Position numbers and translations under genes: made by a program. The notes under the pieces are model-generated. The model saw only the letters and a program-made list of their open reading frames with translations. It did not search any database and was not told the DNA's origin. From Dehalococcoidia bacterium (GTDB lineage: Bacteria > Chloroflexota > Dehalococcoidia > E44-bin15), in NCBI GenBank assembly GCA_035528575.1, contig DATKYK010000032.1:7163-71162 (forward strand): a stretch of 64,000 nucleotides of DNA, given 5' to 3'. Every line of letters begins with the position of its first letter. Position 1 is the first letter of the stretch. Positions 1 through 12,064 of the stretch are shown here, one piece after another.

Positions 1-200
1 AGCGCTGGCTAAGGATAGCACCCTGCTCCACGGCAGTCAATCCCACGTACTCGTCCAGCACCCTCGTTATACATCACCGCTACTCTATCATGTATGTGTA
101 TCATCGCGAATGAATTAAATCAATCTTACCTTTTCCCACAACCACCCGGTTTGGGGTTATTTACATGGTGCATTGATTATGTTATAATGCTCATTCTGAA

Positions 201-464
201 ATGGAGAAGGAAAAAAGGCAGACCATTATAGAGGATTTTCGACTTCACGAGGAGGACACCGGCTCCCCCGAGGTTCAGGTCGCCCTCCTTACAGAGCGGA
301 TAAATCGCCTGACCGAGCACATGAGGGTTCACCGCCACGATTATCACTCCCTGCGCGGGCTTCTTATGATGGTGGGGCAACGGCAGCGACACCTAACGTA
401 TTTAAACCGGATCGACCCTCAGCGTTACCGCTCGGTAATTAAAAGGCTCGGTATCCGAAAGTAA
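201..464 (+). CDS. rpsO: 30S ribosomal protein S15
   Basis: 87-aa ORF with the conserved S15 pattern ([35 protein letters not shown]). Lies directly upstream of pnp, as in the canonical rpsO-pnp pair. Confidence 0.95.
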   Translation: MEKEKRQTIIEDFRLHEEDTGSPEVQVALLTERINRLTEHMRVHRHDYHSLRGLLMMVGQRQRHLTYLNRIDPQRYRSVIKRLGIRK

Positions 465-480
465 GGAGGTTAACCCGACA

Positions 481-2709
481 ATGCCGCAGATTTTTGAGTG
501 TCTGTTAGGCGACCGTTCCCTTATTATCGAGACAGGAAGGCTTGCCAACCAGGCTGGTGGCTCGGTCACTGTTCAGTATGGTGATACCCTGATACTGGCT
601 ACCGCCTGCGTCTCCAGCGAGCCACGCGAGGGGGCCGATTTTCTCCCCTTGACCGTGGACTATGAGGAGAAACACTATGCTGCTGGCAAGATCCCGGGGA
701 GCTTCATCAGAAGGGAAAGCCGCCCCAGCCAGGATGCTATCCTCGCCGACCGGCTCACCGACCGCTCGCTCCGCCCCCTCTTTCCCAAGGGCTTCCGTAA
801 CGAGATCCAGGTGGTTATCACCGTCCTCTCTGCGGATCAAGAGAACGACCCCGACGTGCTGGCCATAGTTGGCGCCTCGGCAGCGCTCTCGATCTCCACC
901 ATCCCCTTTGAGGGACCAGTGGGAGCGGTACGTGTCGGTTGCCTCGATGGGGAGCTGGTACTCAATCCCACCTTCACCCAGCTGATCAGTAGCTCTCTGA
1001 ACCTCGTAGTCGCCGGCACCAGCGATGCACTGGTCATGGTGGAGGCAGGAGCAAAGGAGATACCCGACCAGCTCATCCTTGATGCCATCAAGTTCGGGCA
1101 GCAGGCGAATCTGGATATCACCAGGCTACAACAGCAAATCATCGATGCCTGTGGCAAGCCCAAGATGGATTTCAAGCCCACCGAGGAAAACCCTGAGGTG
1201 GAGGAAGCGGTCTCCGCCATTACTGGAGGCAGGCTTAAGGAGTTGGTCTACAGGCCGAAGGCGGAGCGTGAGGAGGCACTCGCCACCATCAAGAAGGAGC
1301 TTTCCCGGGAGCTGGAGGAGAAGTTCCCCTCTAAAGAGATTAAATCCGCCCTCGATTCCCTGTTACGCAGGGAGGTGAGGTCCCAAATCCTGGAGCGGGG
1401 TGCTCGAGTCGGCGGTCGCGGGTTGAGCGAGGTTCGTCCCATCTCCTGTGAGGTTGGCCTCCTACCCCGCACTCATGGCTCGGCGCTATTCAGCCGCGGA
1501 GGCACCCAGGTACTCACCACCACCACGCTGGACTCGGTAAGAAAGGAGCAGCTTATCGATACCATCAGCCCTGAAGAGACCAAGCGTTTCCTGCATCACT
1601 ACAATTTCCCTCCTTACTCCAACGGCGAGGTGAAACGTATGGTTGGGCCGGGGCGACGGGAGATCGGACACGGTGCCCTGGTGGCAAAGGCCCTTGCCCC
1701 CGTGCTTCCCAGTGAGGTGGATTTTCCCTATACTATCCGCCTGGTCTCCGAGGCGCTCTCCTCCAATGGCTCCACCTCTATGGCCAGCGTGTGCGCCAGT
1801 GCCCTGTCCCTTATGGATGCTGGCATTCCCATAAGTGCACCCGTAGCTGGGGTGGCCATGGGGGTTATCGCCGAGGATGATAAATTTGTCCTGCTCACCG
1901 ATATCGAGGGGCTGGAAGATGCCTATGGCAATATGGATTTCAAGGTGGCGGGAACGGCCCAGGGGATCACCGCCCTCCAAATGGACATCAAGCTCAAAGG
2001 GATCCCCTACCAGGTTATCGAGAACGCGATTAAGCAGGCCAACGATGCCCGCCGCTTCATCCTGGATAAGATGAGCCAGACCATAAGCTCCAGTCGCCCC
2101 GAGCTCAGCAAATATGCCCCCCGGATGTACAAGATAACCATTGACCCCGCTAAGATCGGTACCGTCATCGGCCCCGGGGGCAAGATGATAAGGTCTATCA
2201 CCGAGGAGACTAAGGCTACCATAGACGTTGAAAATGATGGCACTGTAATTATCGGCTCCACCAGCGAGGAGGGGGCACAGAAGGCGATCAAGATCATCGA
2301 GGATTTGACCCGGGATATAGAGGTTGGCGCTACGTACACCGGGAAGGTGACCCGGGTGATCAACATCGGCGCCTTCGTGGAGATCCTCCACGGCAAGGAG
2401 GGGATGGTCCATATCAGCGAGCTTGCCGACTACCGGGTGCCCAGCGTTGAGGATGTGGTCAAGGTGGGCGATGAGATTACGGTCATGGTCACCGAGATCG
2501 ACCGCATGGGGCGGGTAAACCTCTCCCGCCGCGCCGTACTTCAGGGGCTCTCAAAGACGGACATGGTGAAGGATACCGCGGCACCAGGCTTTCCCGGAAA
2601 ATCATATAATCCTCCCCCTCGGTCCCGGGGCGGTAATCTGGAGCGAAGACCCGGAGGAGGGCCGCCGCGGCGTTTTCCAGATAGAGGCAGGAAACCTCCC
2701 CAGAGGTAA
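481..2709 (+). CDS. pnp: polyribonucleotide nucleotidyltransferase (PNPase) with an Arg/Gly/Pro-rich C-terminal tail
   Basis: 742-aa ORF with two RNase PH-like halves, a KH region ([11 protein letters not shown]) and an S1 region ([24 protein letters not shown]). SD-like GGAGG lies upstream of the ATG. Confidence 0.97.
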   Translation: MPQIFECLLGDRSLIIETGRLANQAGGSVTVQYGDTLILATACVSSEPREGADFLPLTVDYEEKHYAAGKIPGSFIRRESRPSQDAILADRLTDRSLRPLFPKGFRNEIQVVITVLSADQENDPDVLAIVGASAALSISTIPFEGPVGAVRVGCLDGELVLNPTFTQLISSSLNLVVAGTSDALVMVEAGAKEIPDQLILDAIKFGQQANLDITRLQQQIIDACGKPKMDFKPTEENPEVEEAVSAITGGRLKELVYRPKAEREEALATIKKELSRELEEKFPSKEIKSALDSLLRREVRSQILERGARVGGRGLSEVRPISCEVGLLPRTHGSALFSRGGTQVLTTTTLDSVRKEQLIDTISPEETKRFLHHYNFPPYSNGEVKRMVGPGRREIGHGALVAKALAPVLPSEVDFPYTIRLVSEALSSNGSTSMASVCASALSLMDAGIPISAPVAGVAMGVIAEDDKFVLLTDIEGLEDAYGNMDFKVAGTAQGITALQMDIKLKGIPYQVIENAIKQANDARRFILDKMSQTISSSRPELSKYAPRMYKITIDPAKIGTVIGPGGKMIRSITEETKATIDVENDGTVIIGSTSEEGAQKAIKIIEDLTRDIEVGATYTGKVTRVINIGAFVEILHGKEGMVHISELADYRVPSVEDVVKVGDEITVMVTEIDRMGRVNLSRRAVLQGLSKTDMVKDTAAPGFPGKSYNPPPRSRGGNLERRPGGGPPRRFPDRGRKPPQR

Positions 2710-2734
2710 TCGGGTAGCGAGGTCTTATCCAACG

Positions 2735-3526
2735 ATGATAAGGGTACTGGTTCATGGTGCCGAGGGGAGGATGGGGTGTGAGGTTCTGCGAGCCCTGTGC
2801 TCCGATACGGAGCTAGAGGCAGTGGGCGCGGTTGATTTGAAGGCAGATCGAGAGCACCTGCCCCTTCCCGACGAATCCGGCAAGATCCCTTCCTCTCGAG
2901 ACCTGGAGACCATCATTTCACAAACAAGGCCCGATGTGATGGTGGATTTCACCATCAGGGATGCTACCATGCCTGCAGTGCGCCTCGCCGGCGGGCACGG
3001 CGTTAATCTGGTTATCGGCACCACCGGCCTATCACCGGAGGACCTTGACGAGATCGAAAGGTTAACTCACCAGAACGATATCGGCGCAGTGGTAGCCCCT
3101 AACTTCTCCCTAGGGGCGGTTCTGATGATCCATATGGCGAAACTGGCAGCCAGATATTTCGATTACGCCGAGGTCATCGAAAAGCACCATGAGGGTAAGG
3201 CCGATGCTCCATCGGGCACCGCCCTGGCCACTGCACGGGCGATGGTGGAGACACGGGGAGAGCCCTTTTTATATCCCGCGCTGAAGAAGGAGATCCTCAG
3301 TGGCACCCGCGGCGGGCAGGTCGATGGAATCAGCGTGCATAGCGTACGTCTTCCCGGGTATTTAGCACATCAGGAGGTGATCCTGGGGGCAACGGGGCAG
3401 ACTCTGAGCATTAGTCATGACGCGATAAGCCGCGAGTCGTTCATGCCAGGGGTTGTCATGGCAGTAAAACATGTGGTAAAAAATAAGGGGCTTGTCTATG
3501 GCCTTGAGAAACTGCTAGGATTATAG
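2735..3526 (+). CDS. dapB: 4-hydroxy-tetrahydrodipicolinate reductase
   Basis: 263-aa ORF with N-terminal Rossmann motif (VLVHGAEGRMG) and the DapB signature EKHHEGKADAPSGTA. Confidence 0.93.
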   Translation: MIRVLVHGAEGRMGCEVLRALCSDTELEAVGAVDLKADREHLPLPDESGKIPSSRDLETIISQTRPDVMVDFTIRDATMPAVRLAGGHGVNLVIGTTGLSPEDLDEIERLTHQNDIGAVVAPNFSLGAVLMIHMAKLAARYFDYAEVIEKHHEGKADAPSGTALATARAMVETRGEPFLYPALKKEILSGTRGGQVDGISVHSVRLPGYLAHQEVILGATGQTLSISHDAISRESFMPGVVMAVKHVVKNKGLVYGLEKLLGL

Positions 3527-3530
3527 GGAT

Positions 3531-4550
3531 ATGGTAATAAAAAAATGCAACGTTGCCATAGTGGGCGCCACCGGACTGGTGGGGCAGGAGTTTATCAAGG
3601 TGCTGGGGCAGCGCAATTTCCCCATGAGCTCACTTCAACTCTTCGCCTCGGACCGCTCCGCAGGACGCAGGCTCACCGTCGATGATGAGGAGATAGAGGT
3701 TAAGGAGACCACGCCACAGTCTTTTGATGGAATAGACATCGCACTGTTCTCCGCCGGCTCTGAAATCAGCCACCACTTCGCCCCCATCGCGGCGCAATCG
3801 GGGGCAGTGGTCATCGATAATAGCGCTGCCTTCAGGATGGAGCCCGATGTTCCCCTGGTGGTTCCCGAGGTCAATGCCGACGACATAAAGAATCATAGTG
3901 GGATCATCGCCAACCCAAACTGTTCCACCATTCAGCTGGTGGTAGCTCTCTACCCCCTGCACAGGGTCAATCCCATCAAGCGCTTCATCGTTGATAGCTA
4001 TCAAGCGGTTTCGGGTACCGGTGCTGCCGCCCTGGAGGAACTAAGCGAGCAAGCCAGGGCTGTGCTGGAGGGACGCAGCGTGGTGCCCCATGTCTACCCC
4101 CACCAGATCGCATTCAACGTACTGCCAGAGATCGACCTCTTCCTGGACAATGGTTACTCCAAGGAAGAGTGGAAGTTGGTAGAGGAAAGTAAGAAGATCA
4201 TGCATGCCGAGAATATAGCCATTTCGGCTACCTGTGTGCGGGTTCCCGTATTCATCGGTCACAGTGAGGCTATCCATATCGAATTTAGCGAGCCGATGTC
4301 CCCTGACACAGCGCGGCGCATCCTCGCCGAGGCACCCGGGGTCAGGGTGCTCGATGACCCCAATATTAGCCTCTATCCCCAGCCCTGGTCTGTCGCGGGC
4401 TCGGACGAGGTATTCGTGGGACGCATACGCCGTGATGCCTCCAACGATCGTGGCCTGGTCATATGGGTGGTTGCCGATAACCTCAGAAAAGGGGCTGCCC
4501 TCAATGCCATCCAGATCGCGGAGATAGCGGTGGAGAGGAGCTGGATATGA
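3531..4550 (+). CDS. asd: aspartate-semialdehyde dehydrogenase
   Basis: 339-aa ORF with VAIVGATGLVGQ NAD-binding motif and active-site region IIANPNCSTIQ. Sits between dapB and dapA. Confidence 0.93.
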   Translation: MVIKKCNVAIVGATGLVGQEFIKVLGQRNFPMSSLQLFASDRSAGRRLTVDDEEIEVKETTPQSFDGIDIALFSAGSEISHHFAPIAAQSGAVVIDNSAAFRMEPDVPLVVPEVNADDIKNHSGIIANPNCSTIQLVVALYPLHRVNPIKRFIVDSYQAVSGTGAAALEELSEQARAVLEGRSVVPHVYPHQIAFNVLPEIDLFLDNGYSKEEWKLVEESKKIMHAENIAISATCVRVPVFIGHSEAIHIEFSEPMSPDTARRILAEAPGVRVLDDPNISLYPQPWSVAGSDEVFVGRIRRDASNDRGLVIWVVADNLRKGAALNAIQIAEIAVERSWI

Positions 4551-5440
4551 TGACTGAGCTGGGCAGACTGCTCACCGCTATGGTAACCCCCTTCGATGAA
4601 GAAGGCAGGGTTGACTATGAGCAGATGAAGCGCCTATCCCTAGCGCTCTTGGACTCGGGGAGCGACGGGCTGCTGGTTTCCGGCACAACGGGGGAACGCC
4701 CCACGCTGACCGATGAAGAGCAACTTAAACTATTCGCCACGGTGAAGGAAACGGTGGGGGCAAGAGGGACGGTGATGGCCGGCACGGGAAGCAACTGCAC
4801 CAGGGAAGGCGTGGAGATGACCAGAGCGGCGGAGCGGGTCGGCGTGGACGCCATACTGCTGGTAGTGCCCTATTACAACAAGCCAACCCAGGAGGGGCTG
4901 TACGCCCATTTCAAGGCCATCGCCCAAAGCACCTCACTGCCCTGCATCCTCTACAACGTGCCCAGCCGCACCGTCACCAACCTGGCACCAGATACCGTGA
5001 TCAGGCTGAGTCAGGTCGATAATATAGTTGGTATCAAGGAGGCAAGCGGCAACCTGGGCCAGATTGCCAAGATCATCGATGGTACCGGTAAGGATTTCCT
5101 GGTCTATAGCGGCAACGATGGCGATACCTTTCCCATCATGGCCATGGGTGGCTACGGGGTTATAAGCGTGGTCTCACACCTGGTGGGCAATCAGATGCAG
5201 GATATGCTCCAGAAGCTGGTTAGCGGCAATATGAAAGAGGCAGCGGCGATTCATCATCGCCTGCTTCCCCTGATAAACGCCCTCTTCGTCGTTTCCAACC
5301 CCATCCCCATCAAATACGCCCTGAACCATGTGGGATTCAGTGTGGGCAATCCTCGCCTGCCCCTCACCGAGCCCGACGAGAAGTCGGCGGCTACCATCGA
5401 GGCGACGCTCAAAAACTACCGCATCGACCTAAAAGTTTGA
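4547..5440 (+). CDS. dapA: 4-hydroxy-tetrahydrodipicolinate synthase
   Basis: 297-aa ORF with DapA motifs (GLLVSGTTGE, VVPYYNKPTQEG, YNVPSRT). Its start overlaps the asd stop (ATGA). Confidence 0.95.
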   Translation: MMTELGRLLTAMVTPFDEEGRVDYEQMKRLSLALLDSGSDGLLVSGTTGERPTLTDEEQLKLFATVKETVGARGTVMAGTGSNCTREGVEMTRAAERVGVDAILLVVPYYNKPTQEGLYAHFKAIAQSTSLPCILYNVPSRTVTNLAPDTVIRLSQVDNIVGIKEASGNLGQIAKIIDGTGKDFLVYSGNDGDTFPIMAMGGYGVISVVSHLVGNQMQDMLQKLVSGNMKEAAAIHHRLLPLINALFVVSNPIPIKYALNHVGFSVGNPRLPLTEPDEKSAATIEATLKNYRIDLKV

Positions 5441-5525
5441 GGGTCCGCCCCCACAAGGTATAGTTCCGATGAAGCCAATCCTAGTCGAATAGGTTTACCA
5501 TCTCAGCGAGCCGGCCTCGCTATCT

Positions 5526-5945
5526 GTGCCCGAAGGGACACCATTACAGGAAGTCGTCGCCAGACTCGCCCAAGAGCCAGAACTTCGGGCGATTTTTCTT
5601 GTGGATTCGCATCAAAGATTCGCCGGGACGATTAGGCGTGCCGATCTCCTAAAGTGGTTATATTTTCAACTTTTCGGAAAGTTAGGAGTGGAAAAGGGAT
5701 CTACTGGGGAGATCATTCATCTCGCATTTGCCACAAGGGCGAAAGACCTGGCACGCGGCGATTGGCGCTACTTCGGTGTCAAGGTAAGCGACACTATACA
5801 GGATGCCTTAGAGCGAATGATCGCCTGTGGAGATGCCATTATTCCCGTGCTGGATAACGAAGGCAAGGTTCTAGGCGACCTCAGAGTTACTGAGATCCTT
5901 ATAAAGGCGCTTGAATTCGGGAAGCTAGACCAGCCTCCAGATTAA
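5526..5945 (+). CDS. CBS-domain pair protein
   Basis: 139-aa ORF with a GTG start. Two CBS-like repeats are visible (IFLVDSHQRFAGTIRRADLL and IIPVLDNEGKVLGDLRVTEIL). The start codon is uncertain. Confidence 0.6.
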   Translation: MPEGTPLQEVVARLAQEPELRAIFLVDSHQRFAGTIRRADLLKWLYFQLFGKLGVEKGSTGEIIHLAFATRAKDLARGDWRYFGVKVSDTIQDALERMIACGDAIIPVLDNEGKVLGDLRVTEILIKALEFGKLDQPPD

Positions 5946-6113
5946 AGATAACTGCGCAAACGCCTAAGCGGGTTAACGAACTCGCTCACCATTATGGTCT
6001 GCTCCCACTGCTCACTACGAAGATTATGCTAGCAGGGCAACTAAATAACTCCTCAAGCCCCTCCATATAATAGGTGAGCGCCGCTCTTGGTAAATCCTCA
6101 AAGCGCCGTTATT

Positions 6114-6449
6114 TTACCAGAATTCTACGTTCTGGTTCTGGACGTATTGCCCCTCCTGGAGAATGGCCGTAATCTCCCGCCTCGCTTCCTTATCGGCGAC
6201 CGGCTCCACCTCGGAAACCGGCATACCTGTATCGTTGACCCTATATTTCCAGTTTACAATGTATCCGGGCACAATAGCATAGGCGCAGCCACCGGTGCCA
6301 CAGCAACTGGATTCAATAACCCCGAGCCCGGTTATACAAAGCGCCTCTTTCCCATCGTGCTCCAGCCTCAGCTCATTCATTGGAGTATAGTACCCCGCCA
6401 GGGCATTTACATCCTTACCAAGCTCCTGGTGAACGTATTCCATCTTCAT
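6114..6449 (-). CDS. hypothetical small Cys/Gly-rich protein
   Basis: 111-aa ORF preceded by a strong SD (GGGAGGGAG). Contains the motif SSCCGTGGCAY. No family recognised. Confidence 0.5.
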   Translation of the reverse strand: MKMEYVHQELGKDVNALAGYYTPMNELRLEHDGKEALCITGLGVIESSCCGTGGCAYAIVPGYIVNWKYRVNDTGMPVSEVEPVADKEARREITAILQEGQYVQNQNVEFW

Positions 6450-6566
6450 CTCAACTCCCTCCCAAAACTGAGGCCGACCACAGGTCGCCGGCCGTGCTGA
6501 GGCGGCGCTCAGAAGTTTTCAACCCTTTTTTAAACGTTTAAAATGTTCATAGCGGCTAGCTCACCA

Positions 6567-7781
6567 TTATGGCGTGCCATCCCCCGGAGCAGGATACGAC
6601 GCCGAACCGGTTGCAAGGCTCTCCGGGAAAATGATAACGATATTTCCATCTTGAATCTGAACTGCCACCATGGGGCAATAGGCTATCCTTCCATCAGCGC
6701 CAAAATTAATTCGCCCGTAGAAGGTCTCGGCATCTAGTGCTCCCAGCGCATCTCTGACATCATCACGGTCAAGCGAACCTGCCTCCTCCAGGGCGAGCTG
6801 ATAGCTCACCCCGCAGGCGCTGGCAGCAGCCGAGTGGTAATCCGGCTCCCTTCCGTACTCCTGCTGGAAAAGCTGGGCATAGCCTTCAGCGCTTCCGAAG
6901 ACGGAGCCATTATAGGACACGTCAGGTACCCACTGTGAGGTGCCGAATACGTAATCGGCATCGGCCCCCAGATCATCGACGAAAGCAGGGTCTGAGGGTG
7001 CCACGGTGATACCGAACATTTCGGGGCTTAACCCCACATCCTTGGCAGTTTCGACGAAGGACAACGCCTCCTCGAAGTGTGCGGAGAAGAGCACCATATC
7101 CGGATCATCATCTGTAAGGTTACCCAGAATACCGGGCAGGTCGCCCTCCTGCTCGAATGTGGCAAATGAGATCACATCGTATCCCAGTTCCCCGGCATAC
7201 TGCTCCGCCCCCTCAGCGGCACTTAAAGAGAATACGTCATCCGCAGATACTATGGCCACCGTATTCGGCCCCGGTTCGATGCCGGTCCCCCATTCCAGGA
7301 TGCTGTCAAAATAATCGCTGGCTGGGTTCAGCAGCCCGAAGACGTACTCGAAGCCCGAAGTGAAGATTTCCTCCGCGGCGCCCCCGCCTTGAACCATGGG
7401 TACACCGTATTCATCCGCCACCGCAGCCGCTTCGAGGTTGGCACTGCTCCCGTAGGGGCCTAAGAGGAAATCTACCCCATCCTCGGTGATGAGCTTCTCC
7501 ACCAGCTCGCCGGTCTGCTGGGTGTCGCTCTCATCATCGTAATATAGTATGTCGACCTGGTAGCTCTCGCCACCTATCGATATACCGCCCCCTGAATTCA
7601 CCCTCTCCTTCCACAGTTCATACCCCTCTAGATAGAGGCTGCCCGTTTCCTCAAGCTCGCCGCTCAGGCTCAGCGCACAGCCGAACAGTACCGGCTCCGG
7701 CCCTTCACCGGCGCAGCCAGCAAGCGCCGGCGGCAGCAGGGCTACCAGTATCAAAGCGACTTTGACTCTGCGACCCAACAC
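6567..7781 (-). CDS. ABC transporter substrate-binding lipoprotein (LivK/type-I periplasmic binding fold)
   Basis: 404-aa ORF with a GTG start 7 nt after AAGGAG. Has a lipobox (LPPALAGCAG) and is very acidic. The pattern is LivK-like (GPYGSSANLEAAAVADEYGVPMV). Confidence 0.85.
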   Translation of the reverse strand: MLGRRVKVALILVALLPPALAGCAGEGPEPVLFGCALSLSGELEETGSLYLEGYELWKERVNSGGGISIGGESYQVDILYYDDESDTQQTGELVEKLITEDGVDFLLGPYGSSANLEAAAVADEYGVPMVQGGGAAEEIFTSGFEYVFGLLNPASDYFDSILEWGTGIEPGPNTVAIVSADDVFSLSAAEGAEQYAGELGYDVISFATFEQEGDLPGILGNLTDDDPDMVLFSAHFEEALSFVETAKDVGLSPEMFGITVAPSDPAFVDDLGADADYVFGTSQWVPDVSYNGSVFGSAEGYAQLFQQEYGREPDYHSAAASACGVSYQLALEEAGSLDRDDVRDALGALDAETFYGRINFGADGRIAYCPMVAVQIQDGNIVIIFPESLATGSASYPAPGDGTP

Positions 7782-7884
7782 AGCTTCGCTCCTTTCGAAA
7801 AACAGTATCCAAACTAATATTATTCATTATAAGACCACCTCAGCATGATGCGCAACGGCTTTAAACCGCGGCTGGGTCGACCGC

Positions 7885-9177
<1,293 letters not shown>

Positions 9178-9497
9178 CTACCTATCTCCTCTAAATACCC
9201 GGTGAGCGCTCTATTCTTATCCTTTTCTGATCTCCCCACCACGCCCTCCCACTCTTTAGAACTCATAACTACGCCCACCCGACCACGCAGTATAACAGAC
9301 GGGCACCCTTTTGATAAGGGGGCACACCAGGAGAAACCAATATTAGCCCCTCAGGTAGATAGGTGAAACATGGCAGCGTGGATTTCGCTTCATCTGCCCT
9401 CACGATCAACTCTGTGATGAGTCAGCCCAAGTGCCTAAAAGGTGGGTGGTAATAGACAGGTTTCTTCTCATTTTCTTCCTACAAAGGGGAGTCCGGA

Positions 9498-9537
9498 GGG
9501 GAATCCCCTCTGGCAGGGGTTTGGGGGTGTCCCCCAA
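9498..9537. repeat. degenerate member of the palindromic intergenic repeat family
   Basis: GGGGAATCCCC (9498-9508) and TTGGGGGTGTCCCCCAA (9521-9537) are palindromes like the TCCCCCAAnnTTGGGGGA core seen at 32.8, 55.5 and 58.1 kb. Confidence 0.35.
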
Positions 9538-9967
9538 GAAAAACATGTCAGGGCGGGTGGGTGGAAAAATACAAGTTCCTCCTTTCCAAAATCTTGCGAG
9601 CGCCGTGAAACAATCCTCACATTGGAATACTATCCCGGGGATTGCCACGTCCGGCGAGGCCGAAGCCTATATCAGGTAAGAATTACAAATGGGCAGTAAC
9701 TACTCTGACCAACGTGCCCGACTGTTGGCCGTCCGAGGATCTGTACATCAAATCGAACGCCCGTGTTACAAGGTAAACCTGGAAATGTCCATAGCTGTAT
9801 TCTGTGGCAACGACACCCACAATAGGCCAGCGATAGCGCCAGTACTAGTGTACCGGGGCGGAAAAACCATATTGACAACGATACTTAAAGGTGATAACTT
9901 TACTTAGTCAAAATCGTATTGCAATAAATACAGCACACTACTTTATAGCCCCTCAAGTTAAAAAGAA

Positions 9968-10039
9968 TGCCCGAGTGGCGCAACGGTAGCGCAGCCGACT
10001 TGTAATCGGCAGGGTAGCGGTTCGAATCCGCTCTCGGGC
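9968..10039 (+). tRNA. tRNA-Thr (anticodon UGU)
   Basis: 72-nt cloverleaf folded by hand: acceptor GCCCGAG/CTCGGGC, D stem GCGC/GCGC, anticodon stem GCCGA/TCGGC with loop CTTGTAA, T arm AGCGG-TTCGAAT-CCGCT. Confidence 0.85.
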
Positions 10040-10065
10040 TGTGTTATGTGCATGGCGAAACGGGG

Positions 10066-10152
10066 AGGCGGGGTGGGTGAGTGGCTAAAACCAGCAGACT
10101 GTAAATCTGCCGCCGACAGGCTTCGTAGGTTCGAATCCTACCCCCGCCACCA
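10066..10152 (+). tRNA. tRNA-Tyr (anticodon GUA), class II with long variable arm, CCA encoded
   Basis: Acceptor GGCGGGG/CCCCGCC, anticodon stem GCAGA/TCTGC with loop CTGTAAA, long variable arm, T arm TAGG-TTCGAAT-CCTA, 3-prime ACCA. Confidence 0.9.
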
Positions 10153-10179
10153 TATTTTGCCTAACAGTTTGCTTAACTT

Positions 10180-10539
10180 TTGGCATTGCTCCCTCCCACC
10201 CCAACTCCAACTCCCACACTAACCCCATCAGAGCCAACATTCCCCAGTTCATCCTATGCTTCTATTGCCATTGGGGGATATGTTCATTCGATTGGCCTCT
10301 ATCAAAATGATAGCCTACAGCATTTTATATCCGAGTCCGATATAATTGAGACTTGGGGAACCGGTGAGGCAGCATCTTATTCACTACTTCTCCTGGAGTA
10401 TCAGCTTTCAGATTCCGGAAGCCAAAGAAGAAGCGTAGCAGTGGGAAGCGAGGTGGCTTTGTTAAAATACAGACGAGCAAGAATTCAATCGTTATCGGAA
10501 CATTTAAGGAATTATGAGTTCCATAGCGTTACAAATTGA
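10180..10539 (+). CDS. hypothetical protein (Pro/Thr-rich N-terminus)
   Basis: 119-aa ORF with a TTG start inside the AT-rich islet. No recognisable motif; may be a gene remnant. Confidence 0.3.
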   Translation: MALLPPTPTPTPTLTPSEPTFPSSSYASIAIGGYVHSIGLYQNDSLQHFISESDIIETWGTGEAASYSLLLLEYQLSDSGSQRRSVAVGSEVALLKYRRARIQSLSEHLRNYEFHSVTN

Positions 10540-10684
10540 TTCTGCCTATGCGCATGCGACTATCTAGGCAGATTATAGGTGGCTACCCGAGTATGTGTAG
10601 CCCCTTATATTTTTACCCACAGCATTGACAGCCTATGCTCCCCAGGAGTATGCTCACCACATCATAATATGAGGTGTTTAGTAA

Positions 10685-11089
10685 TTGGAGGACGAAATAA
10701 GTCGTGTACTGCTCAAGTATGAGAAGTATATTTGGGAACATTCTAAAGCTCATGAACTCTGCGAAATAATTGCTAATCGAATCGAGAGAAGGGTTCATCG
10801 CCAGGTAACACTCCATGAATGGAAAACAGATATTGGATGGTCGTTTTATTCTACAAGGAATTTTGCCTCTGCTGGATGGAGGAAAGCAAAACAGTCATTG
10901 GTTATAGATACCAATAAGAAATGGGCAGACCGAGCAGGTGTTTCCGAACTTGCTGATGCTACTACAGAAAATGGCTGGCACGGGGAGCCAAGCTGCATTT
11001 GGTATGTGCAAGCAGGCGATGTTGAGAAGCGGGAAAGAGTAGCTGGATACCTAGCTCAGGTTTGCATAGCTCGGCATCGCCGAATGTAG
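10685..11089 (+). CDS. hypothetical protein
   Basis: 134-aa ORF with a TTG start in the islet. No recognisable family. Confidence 0.35.
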   Translation: MEDEISRVLLKYEKYIWEHSKAHELCEIIANRIERRVHRQVTLHEWKTDIGWSFYSTRNFASAGWRKAKQSLVIDTNKKWADRAGVSELADATTENGWHGEPSCIWYVQAGDVEKRERVAGYLAQVCIARHRRM

Positions 11090-11369
11090 GTCCACCAGGT
11101 TTATTGCGAAGGGCTATCCGAAAACCGAAAATGGGTGGCCCCTCTTTTCATACCCCATGCAACCTACCTTAATGCCGCCTTAGCTATAAAAAGCATACTA
11201 GTCACCTTGTGATAGGCATCCACAGCTCCACTGTTGCACCTATGAGGCTGCCACCAGCCCGCATCCAGCCAACCCGCATCCTTGAGCCTGACAGCCCTTA
11301 CTACGGTATTGACGTGTGTCAAAGCCTCCCTACAAAAAACCAAAATATTGTCAGGGATTTCCCCACATA

Positions 11370-11410
11370 AAAAAATACAGACTTTCCCCACAAAAAATAC
11401 AGACTTTCCC
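11370..11410 (+). repeat. tandem direct repeat, 2 x AAAAAATACAGACTTTCCC at 22-bp period
   Basis: Identical 19-mers at 11370-11388 and 11392-11410. A third related half-site, GGGATTTCCCCAC, lies just upstream. Confidence 0.7.
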
Positions 11411-11818
11411 GACAGACAAATGGCGCATCTTGTGTTACCGTAAATGTGAGCGTTTCGCCAGGCACTTCCTGCAGATAGCCACAATCACATACGGGCAAGA
11501 CTGAGGATTCACACAAAAAAGAATATCGGCTCAGGAAGTATGGTGACCTATGGTTTTGCCCAAAAAACCTTTAAGCGGGGTATCAAAGCCCAGCGCTGCA
11601 GCTACATAGATTCTGTGGTTTTTAGATATATTTGGAGCTCATAGGTTCTATCTAGGTGACTACGGCAGAGCAGTCGGCATGTTTCTCACGCTTGTAGGGT
11701 TTTTATTTGGGCTTTGGTCTACGCTTTCTTCATACCATCTGCGTTGAGGCTTAAAGAGGGTGAGGTACGGGAAGAAGTGCTTTTAGAAATCGCTGCGAGG
11801 AGGTCGAAGGAATAAACT

Positions 11819-12064
11819 ATGTGGGTAGTAGGTCGCATTCTACTTGTCATCCTGATGGTCATCGGTGTTCTTCTGGTTGCGGCAGGTACAGCAAGCCTTG
11901 TAGGAGCTGATAGTTGGACTGGCCAAATATATGATATTAACATTGACTCTGGAGTTTTCATGGGAGTTGGGGATGGGGGAGTGGCTCTGGGAGTAATACT
12001 ATTGGCAGCCAGTATTATAATGAAGCTAAGACCTACTAATTTGTATTTCTTACCTGCTTTTTAG
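11819..12064 (+). CDS. small membrane protein (two predicted TM helices)
   Basis: 81-aa ORF with an ATG preceded by GAGGAGG. Has hydrophobic stretches at both ends (VVGRILLVILMVIGVLLVAAG and GVALGVILLAASIIM). Confidence 0.4.
   Translation: MWVVGRILLVILMVIGVLLVAAGTASLVGADSWTGQIYDINIDSGVFMGVGDGGVALGVILLAASIIMKLRPTNLYFLPAF

Noticed and set aside
1-61. Possible 5-prime end of a minus-strand gene (GTG at 61, reading VLDEYVGLTAVEQGAILSQR...) running off the window.
   Set aside because: Only 20 codons are visible, which is too short to support a call.
1486-2412. 308-aa minus-strand ORF, plus several 60-130-aa ORFs, inside pnp.
   Set aside because: They are antisense or alternative frames of a clearly identified PNPase gene. 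Products are low-complexity.
9406-9907. Five overlapping 68-85-aa ORFs on both strands upstream of the tRNA pair.
   Set aside because: They overlap each other in a region made of palindromic repeats and tRNA promoter sequence. None has an SD or motifs.
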